Assembly: GCF_003063645.1 (NCBI RefSeq)
Contig: NZ_NESJ01000017.1
Span: 5,181-37,180 of the forward strand
Direction of reading: 5' to 3'
Source: Limnohabitans sp. 2KL-51
Lineage (GTDB): Bacteria > Pseudomonadota > Gammaproteobacteria > Burkholderiales > Burkholderiaceae_C
DNA length: 32,000 bases
Shown here: positions 23,655 to 32,000 of the stretch, one piece after another
How the letters are laid out: each line of letters begins with the position of its first letter
How positions within the stretch are numbered: position 1 is the stretch's first letter
Notes under the pieces: model-generated
Told to the model about the DNA's origin: nothing
Database searches by the model: none
Seen by the model: only the letters and a program-made list of their open reading frames with translations
Translations under genes and position numbers: made by a program

Positions 23655-23691
23655 CGCGTGTCAGTGGTTCGATTCCACTCCAGGCCACCAG
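23655..23691 (+). repeat. att direct repeat copy C: shortened tRNA-Phe 3' fragment (outer attR) abutting the IS end
   Basis: CGCGTGTCAGTGGTTCGATTCCACTCCAGGCCACCAG. It begins exactly at the IS right terminus, so its 5' part (TTGAAAATC) is missing. Confidence 0.8.
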
Positions 23692-23696
23692 ATTCA

Positions 23697-23734
23697 CCCC
23701 ACAGTTTCGCAAGAGCTGTGGGGTTTTTCTTTTT
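23697..23734 (+). terminator. Hairpin terminator element, copy 2 of 3 (probably the native tRNA-Phe terminator)
   Basis: CCCCACAG, loop TTTCGCAAGAG, CTGTGGGG, then TTTTTCTTTT. Confidence 0.7.
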
Positions 23735-24061
23735 GGGTTCACCGTTCTGCACACGAACCCTGCGCAGTTCCAAAGCTACCATCACCCTCAAAACGGGGCT
23801 GGGCTTGCTGAATGACACAGCCACAGCAAGCCGACCAATATGGGTACAAAAACGACGCGCGGATGGGAAAAGGCTGCGTTTCCAAAAACCACCCAACCCT
23901 CTCTGCCCAGAGCCCGGCAACCTGCCCAACCCACTGTCATTTATGGGTGAGAGGGGAAACTTGCTTTGCTTCTAAATTGATAAAAGCTATAGTATTACTG
24001 TGACCATTCACCCTCGAATGCTCGTCCTGTCACCCTGTCCAGCCCTAAAGGAAATCGTCTG

Positions 24062-25036
24062 ATGTCCCTTTCCATGAGATCCGCTCTTGCCGCTGTTGCC
24101 ATGATGGCGGCGGCTTTTGGTGTCAATGCCCAGTCCGATTGGCCCAACCGTCCGCTCAAGTGGGTGGTTCCTTTCGCCCCTGGCGGGCCAACCGACTCGA
24201 TCTCCCGGGTGCTGTCTGCTCGTCTGGCTGAATCACTGGGACAGGGCGTGGCGGTGGAAAATCGAGCAGGTGCGTCGGGCGCCATTGGCTCGGAGTTCGT
24301 AGCCCGTGCCGCGCCAGACGGTTACACGCTCGTCTTTGGCACACAAAGCACGCACGCGTCGAACCTGATTTTTTTCCCCAACATGGCCTTCGACCCGATT
24401 CGTGATTTTCAGCCCTTGACGCTGGTGGGTACCGCCTGCCTGGCGCTGATCGTGCCGCCGAGCGTTCCGGCCACCAACGTGCGTGAACTGGTGGACTGGA
24501 TTGCGCGGCAATCGGGCGCGGCCAGCTATGGTACAGCCGCTGCAGGCAGTTCACAGCACGTGGCGGCTGAGCTGCTGCTGCGAAACAGCAATGTCAAAGC
24601 CATTCATGTGCCTTATAAAGGCAGCGGTGCTGCCATGCCGGACCTGCTTTCGGGCCGGCTGAGTTTCATGTTTGATAACTTGCCTTCGTCCTTGCCTTTG
24701 GCGCGCTCTGGCAAGGTGCGGGCGCTGGCCCAGACCTGCGCCAAGCGCTCGCCGGCGGCACCTGACCTGCCGACCATGGTGGAAGCCGGTTTCAAAGACT
24801 TTGTGATCGAGGGTTGGTACGGCGTCTTTGCGCCGGCCCGCACGCCGCGCCCCGTTGCTGAGCGTTTGTCGGCAGAAATCAACAAGGCTTTGCGCCATCC
24901 TGAATCGATGGAGCGTTGGAAGACCTTGGGTTTTGACCCCATTGGCAGCAGCCCCGACGCACTGGCCGAGCGACAGCGCGGTGATCTCGATTACTGGCGC
25001 CGCATGATCGAATTTACCGGCGTGAAGGTGGAATGA
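24062..25036 (+). CDS. Bug-family (TctC-like) tripartite tricarboxylate transporter substrate-binding protein
   Basis: Signal peptide followed by WPNRPLKWVVPFAPGGPTDSISR and VENRAGASG, typical of Bug/TctC receptors. Confidence 0.88.
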   Translation: MSLSMRSALAAVAMMAAAFGVNAQSDWPNRPLKWVVPFAPGGPTDSISRVLSARLAESLGQGVAVENRAGASGAIGSEFVARAAPDGYTLVFGTQSTHASNLIFFPNMAFDPIRDFQPLTLVGTACLALIVPPSVPATNVRELVDWIARQSGAASYGTAAAGSSQHVAAELLLRNSNVKAIHVPYKGSGAAMPDLLSGRLSFMFDNLPSSLPLARSGKVRALAQTCAKRSPAAPDLPTMVEAGFKDFVIEGWYGVFAPARTPRPVAERLSAEINKALRHPESMERWKTLGFDPIGSSPDALAERQRGDLDYWRRMIEFTGVKVE

Positions 25037-25040
25037 AGTC

Positions 25041-26750
25041 ATGCCTGATTTCGACCTGAAAATCACCGGCGGTATGCTGGTGGACGGTACCGGCAGCCCG
25101 CGGCGCCGGTGCGATGTGGGCATCAAGGACGGCCGTGTCGTCGCGCTGGGTGAAGGGCTCGGTGCGGCGCACCAGACGTTCGATGCGCAGGGCTTGGTGG
25201 TGGCCCCGGGCTTTGTGGACATCCACACCCACTACGATGCTCAAGTGTTGTGGGACCCCGAACTGACGGTCTCACCCTGGCACGGGGTGACCACCGTAGT
25301 GATGGGCAACTGCGGCTTTGGGGTGGCACCGACCCGCCCCGAGCACCGCGACCTGATCTTGCGCACGCTGGAGCGTGTCGAGGGCATGAGCCTGTCGGCT
25401 CTGGAGGAGGGACTGGGCAGTCCTTGGCCTTTCCAGACCTTTCCTGAATACATGGACTTGCTTGAGCGCACTGCGCTGGGCATCAATGTGGCGGTGATGG
25501 TTGGGCACACGCCGGTGCGGCTGTGGGTGATGGGTGACGAAGCCACGACGCGTGCGGCCAGTGCAGCAGAGGTGGCCCAGATGAAAACACTGGTTCGCCA
25601 GGCCATGGACGTTGGCGCCGTAGGCTTTGCCACTTCGGTCTCCAAGGTCCATGTGGGCTATGCGGGCAGACCCGTGCCCAGTCGTCTGGCCGATTTCGAA
25701 GAAATGCTCGAGCTCGCACGAGCGGTCGGTGAGTCCGGCCACGGATTGATCCATTACAACGTCGGGCGCGAGCCACTCTGGGCGGCCTATGAACAGCTCT
25801 ACGAGGTCAGCGGCCGGCCCGTGGTGTGGACTTCGCTGTTGGCCGGCTCGCTGGGGCCGGGCTCTCACCGTCTGCAGCTCGAACGCGCCGCGCAGCAACG
25901 ATTGAAGGGCCTGCCTATTTACGCCCAAGGCGCTTGTCGGCCGATACAGTTTGAGTTTGACTTTAGATCACCTGTGGTGTTTGACACTTGGGCATCTTTC
26001 GAGCCGGTGCGCCTGGCGGACGACGAGGCGCAGCGGCGTGCTGTCTACGCAGACCCGGCGTTTCGCGCCCGCCTGAAGCGACAGGTCGCAGGTCGCGGAC
26101 CGGACGACGCTTGGTTTGCTGGCAAAGAGGCTGAAGGCGACACGCGAAGGGCGTCCTTTCTGGAGATGGTGATTTCTGGGACGAACGATGCCAGCCTGCT
26201 CGAGCGCAAGCTGGTCGATCTGGCGCAAGAGCGGCAGGTGGATCCGGTCGACCTGATGCTGGATCTGGCCCTGGCCAGCGATTTGCAAATGCGCTGGCGA
26301 ATTGCCCTGCTCAATTTTGATGAAAGTGAGGTCGGCGAGATATTGGCCGACGCCCATGTGGTGCTGGGTCTGGGCGACGGCGGCGCGCACATGAGCCAGT
26401 TATGCGACGCATGCCATCCCACTTACCTCCTTGGCCATTGGGTTCGTGAACGTGGTGCTTTGAGTCTGGAAGAGGCGGTGCGGCGTCTGACCTCGCACCC
26501 TGCCGATGTATTTGGCTTGTATGACCGTGGGCGGGTGGCCTTGGGATTGCCTGCCGATCTGGTGGTCTTCGACCCTGAGCGTGTCGGTGCCGAACCGCTA
26601 GAGCGGGTCTATGACCTGCCTGCAGGGCAAGACCGGTTGATCAGCCGGGCCATCGGCGTCGAGGCGGTTTTTGTCAACGGTCACCGCTTGGGGTCGCAGG
26701 CTCATGCAGCCGGTCAGCTGCTGCGGCAGCGGTCCCATGCTGTTGTTTGA
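25041..26750 (+). CDS. Amidohydrolase of the N-acyl-D-amino-acid deacylase (D-aminoacylase) type
   Basis: N-terminus DLKITGGMLVDGTGSP...VGIKDGRVVALGE...APGFVDIHTHYD. 569 aa, starting 4 nt after the TctC-like gene. Confidence 0.85.
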   Translation: MPDFDLKITGGMLVDGTGSPRRRCDVGIKDGRVVALGEGLGAAHQTFDAQGLVVAPGFVDIHTHYDAQVLWDPELTVSPWHGVTTVVMGNCGFGVAPTRPEHRDLILRTLERVEGMSLSALEEGLGSPWPFQTFPEYMDLLERTALGINVAVMVGHTPVRLWVMGDEATTRAASAAEVAQMKTLVRQAMDVGAVGFATSVSKVHVGYAGRPVPSRLADFEEMLELARAVGESGHGLIHYNVGREPLWAAYEQLYEVSGRPVVWTSLLAGSLGPGSHRLQLERAAQQRLKGLPIYAQGACRPIQFEFDFRSPVVFDTWASFEPVRLADDEAQRRAVYADPAFRARLKRQVAGRGPDDAWFAGKEAEGDTRRASFLEMVISGTNDASLLERKLVDLAQERQVDPVDLMLDLALASDLQMRWRIALLNFDESEVGEILADAHVVLGLGDGGAHMSQLCDACHPTYLLGHWVRERGALSLEEAVRRLTSHPADVFGLYDRGRVALGLPADLVVFDPERVGAEPLERVYDLPAGQDRLISRAIGVEAVFVNGHRLGSQAHAAGQLLRQRSHAVV

Positions 26751-26784
26751 GTTGGCCAGAGCCCAAACCAGTTCACCACCGACA

Positions 26785-26820
26785 CCCCACAGTTTCGCAA
26801 GAGGCTGTGGGTTTTTCTTT
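26785..26820 (+). terminator. Hairpin terminator element, copy 3 of 3, between convergent genes
   Basis: CCCCACAG, loop TTTCGCAAGAGG, CTGTGGG, then TTTTTCTTT. It is identical over 29 nt to copy 1. Confidence 0.65.
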
Positions 26821-26827
26821 GGAGGCC

Positions 26828-27751
26828 TCAGGCGTTGTGCAAGACCCCATCGAGCTCTTGCATCGCGCCGCTGCGCGCCAGCTCGGCCAGCATCATGTCC
26901 AGCCAGTTGCTCAGGCTATGGCCTTGCCCAAAGCGCTGGTGCAGGTCGCACAAGTAAGGCATGTTCATGGCCCAGGCGCTGAATTCGGCTTTGGAGATTT
27001 GGCCCCATTCCAGCAGTTTGAACTTGAGTAAGACCTTGCTGCCGTAACGGGCGTGCCGCACGGGGTTTTGCGCAAAGCCTTCAAGCTTGCTGCGGGCCAG
27101 CGCCAGTGCGGGGGCCACTTCGGTGAACACGGCGCCGTGGCCCGGGATGATGGTGGCGGGGTCAAGCCGATCGATCAGGTCCAGGGTTTGGGCCACTTCG
27201 TCAAAGGCGTCAATGCCCACCAACTCAGGAAACACCACGCCAAAACCGTTTTGCCAGAGCGCATCGGCCGACATCAGCAAACGGTGCTCGGGGGCGAACA
27301 AGATGACCGAGTGCGGGTCGTGCCCGGGGGCCGCGTGCACTTGCCAGTCCATGCCGGCCCAGCGGTGGGTGCTGCCCGGTTGCAGCAAGCCGGTAAAAGC
27401 AAAGGCAGGGCAGTTCTGCCCTGTGGGTTGGTAGCTCAGTTCGTCTTCGCGCCAATGCTGCACGGCTTGGGACAGGCCCGGCGGAATCCAGGTTTTCAGG
27501 GCCGGGTAATGCGCCTGCAAGGCCTGGTTGCCGCCGCAGTGGTCGCTGTGCAGGTGGGTGTTGACCAGCTGGTCCAGCGTGCGGCCTTGCAGGGCCTGCT
27601 GCACCAAGGCCAAGGTTTGGGCCTGGTGGGTGACGTAGCCGCTGTCCACCAAGTTGGCGCTGTGTGAGTCCATCAGCAGCACATTGTTGGCCGACAGCCA
27701 GCCACGCTCGAACACGCGCACGCCAGGTGGCAGGGCGTTGTTTGGGGTCAT
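26828..27751 (-). CDS. MBL-fold metallo-hydrolase
   Basis: HLHSDHCGGN metal-binding motif. 307 aa, with a 4-nt overlap with the upstream ligase gene. Confidence 0.85.
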   Translation of the reverse strand: MTPNNALPPGVRVFERGWLSANNVLLMDSHSANLVDSGYVTHQAQTLALVQQALQGRTLDQLVNTHLHSDHCGGNQALQAHYPALKTWIPPGLSQAVQHWREDELSYQPTGQNCPAFAFTGLLQPGSTHRWAGMDWQVHAAPGHDPHSVILFAPEHRLLMSADALWQNGFGVVFPELVGIDAFDEVAQTLDLIDRLDPATIIPGHGAVFTEVAPALALARSKLEGFAQNPVRHARYGSKVLLKFKLLEWGQISKAEFSAWAMNMPYLCDLHQRFGQGHSLSNWLDMMLAELARSGAMQELDGVLHNA

Positions 27752-29433
27752 TTGGCGCTGCGCAGGTCGCGGCGCAGGATTTTGCCCACGTTGGATTTGG
27801 GCAGTTCGTCGCGGAACTCAATGTATTTGGGGCGCTTGTAGCCGGTGAGCTGGTCTTGGCAAAAACGCGACACGACTTCTTCGGTCAGCATCGGGTCGTT
27901 ACGCACCACAAACACCTTGATGGTTTCGCCTTGCATGCTGTCGGGAATGCCCACGGCCGCGCACTCGACCACGCCGGGGCAGGTCGAAATGACATTTTCC
28001 AGCTCACTGGGGAAGACGTTGAAGCCGCTGACGATGATCATGTCCTTTTTGCGGTCCACGATGCGGGTGAATCCTTGATCGTCCATGATGCCGATGTCGC
28101 CGGTGCGCATGAAGCCGTCAGCCGTGAAAGTTTTGGCGTTTTCTTCGGGCTGGTTGAAGTAACCGGTCATGACGTTGGGGCCGCGAATACAAATTTCCCC
28201 CGAGCTGCCCAAGGGCAGGCTTTCGCCATCGTCGTCCTTGATGGCGATGTCAATGCCCGGCAGGGGCAGTCCGATGTTGCCGCTGAAGGTCTTTTGCGTG
28301 ACCGGGTTGTTGGTGCCGATCGCGCAGGTCTCGCTCATGCCCCAGCCCTCGATCATGGCGCTGCCCGTGGCCGATTGCCAGTGCCGCGCCGTGCCTTCAG
28401 AGGCGGCCATGCCGCCTGCCTGTGTCAGTTTGAGCGACGAAAAATCGATGGTCTTGAACATCGGGTGCTGCATCAACGCGTTGAACAGCGTGTTCACCCC
28501 GGGCAGCACATGGAAGGGACGCTGCTTGAGCACGTCGATGAACTTGGCAAAGTCACGCGGATTGGGCACCAGCGTGATGAAGGAGCCTTGGCGCATGGCC
28601 AGCAGGCACAAAGTCAGCGCGAAGATGTGGTACAGCGGCAGCGCAGCAATGCTGTTGACTTTGCGCAGATCCCCTATTTCGGCCAAAGCCGGGGAGAACC
28701 AACCCTCGGCTTGCAAGATGGACGCGACCACGTTGCCGTGCGTCAACACGGCCCCTTTGGACAAGCCAGTGGTGCCCCCCGTATATTGCAAAAATGCGGT
28801 GTCGTCCATGGTCTGTGCTGTGGGCCGCAGGCTCAGGCCGCGGCCTTGGGCGATGGCTTTGTTGAACGGGGTGACGGTGCGACCGGCGCTCAGGGGCAGT
28901 TCGAACGGGGGGACCATTTTGGCCAGGTGCCGCACGGCAAAGCTCAACCAGCGACCGTTGATGGGGCCCAGCAAATCGCCGATCGATGCCAGCACCACAT
29001 GCTGCACAGCGGTGCGCTCGATCACGTCCTGCAAGGTGGCTGCGAAGTTTTCCAGAATCACGATGGTCGTGGCCCCAGAGTCCTTAAGTTGGTGCTCGAG
29101 CTCGCGTGCTGTGTAGAGGGGGTTGACGTTCACGCAGGTGTAGCCCGCCCGCAAAATGGCGGCCATGGTCACGGCAAACTGGGGCAGGTTGGGCAGCATG
29201 ATGGCCACCCGGCTGCCGGCCTCAAGGCCCTTGTTTTGCAGCCAGGCCCCCATGGTGGTGGACAATTCGTCGAGCTGTTTGTAGCTCATCCATCGGTTCA
29301 TGCAGACCGAAAACGGGCTGTTGCCGTGCTCGCGGAATGCCCGCTCGAGCAAGTCGGTCAGGCTTTTGTACTGAGAGGTGTCGATGTCGTGGGGCACACC
29401 GGGCGGGTAATTTTTGAGCCAAATACGGTCCAT
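27748..29433 (-). CDS. fadD: Long-chain-fatty-acid--CoA ligase (AMP-binding family)
   Basis: N-terminus WLKNYPPGVP; AMP-binding motifs YTGGTTGLSKGA and TGDIG. Confidence 0.88.
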   Translation of the reverse strand: MDRIWLKNYPPGVPHDIDTSQYKSLTDLLERAFREHGNSPFSVCMNRWMSYKQLDELSTTMGAWLQNKGLEAGSRVAIMLPNLPQFAVTMAAILRAGYTCVNVNPLYTARELEHQLKDSGATTIVILENFAATLQDVIERTAVQHVVLASIGDLLGPINGRWLSFAVRHLAKMVPPFELPLSAGRTVTPFNKAIAQGRGLSLRPTAQTMDDTAFLQYTGGTTGLSKGAVLTHGNVVASILQAEGWFSPALAEIGDLRKVNSIAALPLYHIFALTLCLLAMRQGSFITLVPNPRDFAKFIDVLKQRPFHVLPGVNTLFNALMQHPMFKTIDFSSLKLTQAGGMAASEGTARHWQSATGSAMIEGWGMSETCAIGTNNPVTQKTFSGNIGLPLPGIDIAIKDDDGESLPLGSSGEICIRGPNVMTGYFNQPEENAKTFTADGFMRTGDIGIMDDQGFTRIVDRKKDMIIVSGFNVFPSELENVISTCPGVVECAAVGIPDSMQGETIKVFVVRNDPMLTEEVVSRFCQDQLTGYKRPKYIEFRDELPKSNVGKILRRDLRSAK

Positions 29434-29592
29434 GCGCTTATCTCCTGTAGGCCTGCATTGTCACCAGCTCCCGCCGGAGCTGACACAGGGCAATTCCTGA
29501 GAGGTGGTCTTGGAGGTCTCACAGGCGACAAAACCCGTGAGAGCCGGGGCCAGGCAAAAGGGCGCACAATGGGGTTAACCCTAGGTTCCAAC

Positions 29593-30345
29593 ATGAACAC
29601 CCCCTCTGATTCGCGTACTAAAAAACTCACTTCCATGCTTCGGCAGTTTTGGCGAAGTGGGTTCGGCACAGCCGATGCGGCGCCGTTGGCTCCGACTGGG
29701 GTTGCCAGAAAGAGTGCCAGCTGGGTGCCTATCCGCTCGCTGTCGCCGCGCCACAAGCCGCGCATTGCCCGGCAATTGCGGGCCCTGCCCAACGCAGACC
29801 GCTACTTGCGCTTTGGCTATGCCGCCACCGACGAGCAAATTGAGCGTTATGTGCAGGGTCTGAATTTTGAGCGGGACGAGATTTTCGGAGTCTTCAACCG
29901 CCGCCTCGAGTTGGTGGCCATGGCGCACCTGGCCTATTCGGTCGACCCAAAATGGGCCACTTGCGCCGAGTTTGGCGTCTCGGTGTCACCGCACCAGCGT
30001 GGCAAAGGCCTGGGGGCCAAGCTGTTTGCGCATGCGGTGATGCACGCCCGCAACCAGGGGGTGAACCTCTTGTTCATCCATGCGCTGAGCGAGAACGTGG
30101 CCATGCTCAAGATTGCACGCCATGCAGGTGCCGTGGTGCAGCGCGATGGCAGCGAAAGCGAGGCTTACCTGTCTATACCAGAAGCTACCCTGGACAGCCA
30201 GCTCAATGGGTTGATGCAAGAGCAAATGGCCGAGTTGGACTACCAGCTCAAAATGCAGGCCCACCAGTTTCGCCAGTGGCTGGACACGGTGCAAGAAATC
30301 CGCCGCGGCGTGCGAGATGCACGTCACAGCACGCGCGGGCCTTGA
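29593..30345 (+). CDS. GNAT-family N-acetyltransferase (alternative start ATG 29569)
   Basis: This is the 3' portion of the listed 893-aa ORF. The acetyl-CoA-binding-like segment HQRGKGLGAKLFAHAVMHAR is present. The upstream part of that ORF is antisense to fadD and is not credible. Confidence 0.75.
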   Translation: MNTPSDSRTKKLTSMLRQFWRSGFGTADAAPLAPTGVARKSASWVPIRSLSPRHKPRIARQLRALPNADRYLRFGYAATDEQIERYVQGLNFERDEIFGVFNRRLELVAMAHLAYSVDPKWATCAEFGVSVSPHQRGKGLGAKLFAHAVMHARNQGVNLLFIHALSENVAMLKIARHAGAVVQRDGSESEAYLSIPEATLDSQLNGLMQEQMAELDYQLKMQAHQFRQWLDTVQEIRRGVRDARHSTRGP

Positions 30346-30428
30346 GTGGGCCATGAGTGGACCGTTGGTCATCCAAATCCGCTATCCTTGCAGTCTGTTC
30401 ACTACAGCATGTCCTGCAAGCCTAGACC

Positions 30429-31355
30429 GTGTCTGACCCTCACCCCGCGCGCCACGCCGAGCGCGAAGACAAGCGGAGTTTTCTGCAAAAACTCGCGGAG
30501 TTCATCCACCCTGGACCCGACTCGACCGATGAGCTGATCGAGACCTTGGCCGAGGCCGAGGACAACCAGATCATCAACACCGAGAGCCGTTTGATGCTCG
30601 AGGGCGTGATCCGCATGGCCGACATGACCGCCAGCGATGTGATGCTGGCGGCCCCGCGCATGGACTTGCTCAACATCGAAGACCCCGTGGACGAGTTGTT
30701 GCACCAGGTGATCGACACCGGGCATTCGCGTTTTCCGGTTTACGAGGGTGAGCGCGACAACATCATCGGCATCTTGTTGGCCAAAGACCTGCTCAAACTG
30801 CAGCGTGCGCCCGAGTTGAACATCCGCGCCCTGTTGCGCCCAGCGGTGTTTGTGCCCGAGAGCAAGGGCTTGAACGATCTGCTGCGGCAGTTTCGCGACA
30901 ACCGCAACCACCTGGCCATCGTGATCGATGAGTACGGGCGGACAGCCGGGCTGATCACCATCGAGGATGTGTTGGAGCAAATTGTGGGCGAGATCGAGGA
31001 CGAGTTCGACATCGCCGAGGATGCGGGCGATATCTTTGGTTTGCCCGACCGCAGCTTCAGGGTCAGCGGCGACACCGCCATCGAGCGCGTGGACGAGGCT
31101 TTTGGCGTGGATTTGAAGCGAGCGCGGCAGGCCGAAGACGAGCACGATTTTGACACCCTGGGTGGGCTGATTGCCCACGAGATGGGCCATGTGCCGCACC
31201 GGGGCGAAAGCTTCGAGCTGGCGGGCCTGCGCTTTGTCGTCTTGCACACGCGCGCTGGTGCGGTGCGCTGGTTCAAGGTGGCGCCCTTGCCTGCTGTCGG
31301 CAGCGACCAGCCTGCCAGCGCCAGCAACGCGACTGCACCTGGGCCCGCCGCATGA
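30429..31355 (+). CDS. corC: CorC/HlyC-family Mg/Co efflux-associated protein (CBS pair plus CorC_HlyC domain)
   Basis: Typical sequence (MLEGVIRMADMTASDVM, GHSRFPVY, LLRQFRDNRNHLAIVIDEYGRTAGLITIEDVLEQIVGEIEDE). GTG start as listed; the exact start is uncertain. Confidence 0.88.
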   Translation: MSDPHPARHAEREDKRSFLQKLAEFIHPGPDSTDELIETLAEAEDNQIINTESRLMLEGVIRMADMTASDVMLAAPRMDLLNIEDPVDELLHQVIDTGHSRFPVYEGERDNIIGILLAKDLLKLQRAPELNIRALLRPAVFVPESKGLNDLLRQFRDNRNHLAIVIDEYGRTAGLITIEDVLEQIVGEIEDEFDIAEDAGDIFGLPDRSFRVSGDTAIERVDEAFGVDLKRARQAEDEHDFDTLGGLIAHEMGHVPHRGESFELAGLRFVVLHTRAGAVRWFKVAPLPAVGSDQPASASNATAPGPAA

Positions 31356-32000
31356 GCGTTTGGCAGCCACGCGAGCGGGGCTGGCAGACTGTTTGGCCTG
31401 CTTTGGCAGGTGCTGCGCAGGCCGCGTCCATCGCTTGGCCGGGCAGTGGTCATGCCCTGGGTTGGTTGCAGCTCGTGAGTTTGACCCTCTTGGCGACGGG
31501 CTTGGCCCGCATGGCGCGTCTTGCCAGCGGACCCTTCACGCAGGGCCGTGGGGCCCACACCCTCAAAAAGGCGGCTTGGTTTGGCGGCGTGTTTGCCACG
31601 GCCTGGTTGGCGGGGAGTTTTTGGTGGTTGTATGTGTCCATGCACCAGGTTGGCGGTTTGCCAGCGCCTTTGGCTGTGCTGGCCGTGTTGGCGTTGGCAG
31701 CGGCGCTGGCGCTTTATTACGCCGCTGCTTCGGCCCTGTGGGTGCATCTGGCGCGGGGCCTGGTGACGGTCCGGCCTGGCTTGGCCAGCGCCCTGTTTGC
31801 CGCTTTGTGGACTTTGGCAGAGCTCATGCGCGGGCGCTGGCTCACCGGTTTTCCTTGGGGCGCCGGTGGTTATGCGCATGTCGACAGCGCCTTGGTGGCC
31901 TTCGCGCCATGGGTCGGCGTGTACGGCATGGGGGCCATCGCGGCTTGGCTGGCCATGCGTCTGGCGTTGACTGGCTGGCGCCTGGGGGCGCTCAGGCCCC
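31352..32000 (+). CDS. lnt: Apolipoprotein N-acyltransferase, N-terminal part (3' end lies outside the window)
   Basis: Not in the ORF track because it has no stop in the window. ATG 31352 overlaps the corC stop (ATGA). My own translation is stop-free to 32000, hydrophobic, and contains AELMRGRWLTGFPWGAGGYA, which resembles the Lnt TGFPW region. The corC-lnt order is conserved. Confidence 0.85.
   Translation, partial: MSVWQPRERGWQTVWPALAGAAQAASIAWPGSGHALGWLQLVSLTLLATGLARMARLASGPFTQGRGAHTLKKAAWFGGVFATAWLAGSFWWLYVSMHQVGGLPAPLAVLAVLALAAALALYYAAASALWVHLARGLVTVRPGLASALFAALWTLAELMRGRWLTGFPWGAGGYAHVDSALVAFAPWVGVYGMGAIAAWLAMRLALTGWRLGALRP

Larger units (their letters stand above)
19669..23691. mobile_element. 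Genomic island 2 (~4 kb, degraded remnant including an IS)
   Basis: Bounded by att copies B and C. It is low in GC, has an interrupted integrase next to copy B, and its right end is occupied by an IS256-family element. Confidence 0.8.

Noticed and set aside
27664-30345. 893-aa ORF on the + strand
   Set aside because: Its first ~640 codons run antisense to the well-supported fadD and MBL-hydrolase genes and have the low-complexity Ala/Gly/Arg/His composition of GC-rich shadow frames. Only the last ~250 codons (from ATG 29593 or 29569) look like a real GNAT gene.
30402-31879. ORFs 30402-31370 (-) and 30740-31879 (-)
   Set aside because: They are antisense to corC and to the lnt 5' region, both of which have clear signatures.

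Overview
GC-rich betaproteobacterial chromosome segment; the Burkholderiales/Comamonadaceae placement is an inference from gene content and synteny. The core region runs: 3' part of rpoB, rpoC, a LemA-like gene, rsmB, a DUF4390-like gene, an NtrY/NtrX-like two-component pair, then tRNA-Phe(GAA). That tRNA is the insertion point for two tandem, visibly lower-GC integrase-bearing islands (about 13008-19668 and 19669-23691; by-eye counts of a few lines give mid-40s % GC versus roughly 58-70 % in core). The islands are delimited by three direct copies of the tRNA-Phe 3' part. Island 2 is decayed: its integrase carries an in-frame stop, and an IS256-family element without a target-site duplication truncates both a gene stub and the att repeat. 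Core genes then resume: Bug/TctC binding protein, D-aminoacylase-like amidohydrolase, MBL-fold hydrolase, FadD-like ligase, GNAT, CorC and the 5' part of lnt. The best candidate for something undescribed is the cargo of island 1. It holds a catalytic-domain-only tyrosine recombinase next to an ~880-nt ORF-poor, hairpin-rich region. Both lie in a ~3.1-kb module bracketed by two direct copies of an unusual long-loop hairpin element, alongside an H-NS-like protein with a histone-H1-like tail and several orphan genes. All functional readings of that module are inference. No CRISPR array, rRNA gene or recognisable defence enzyme is visible.
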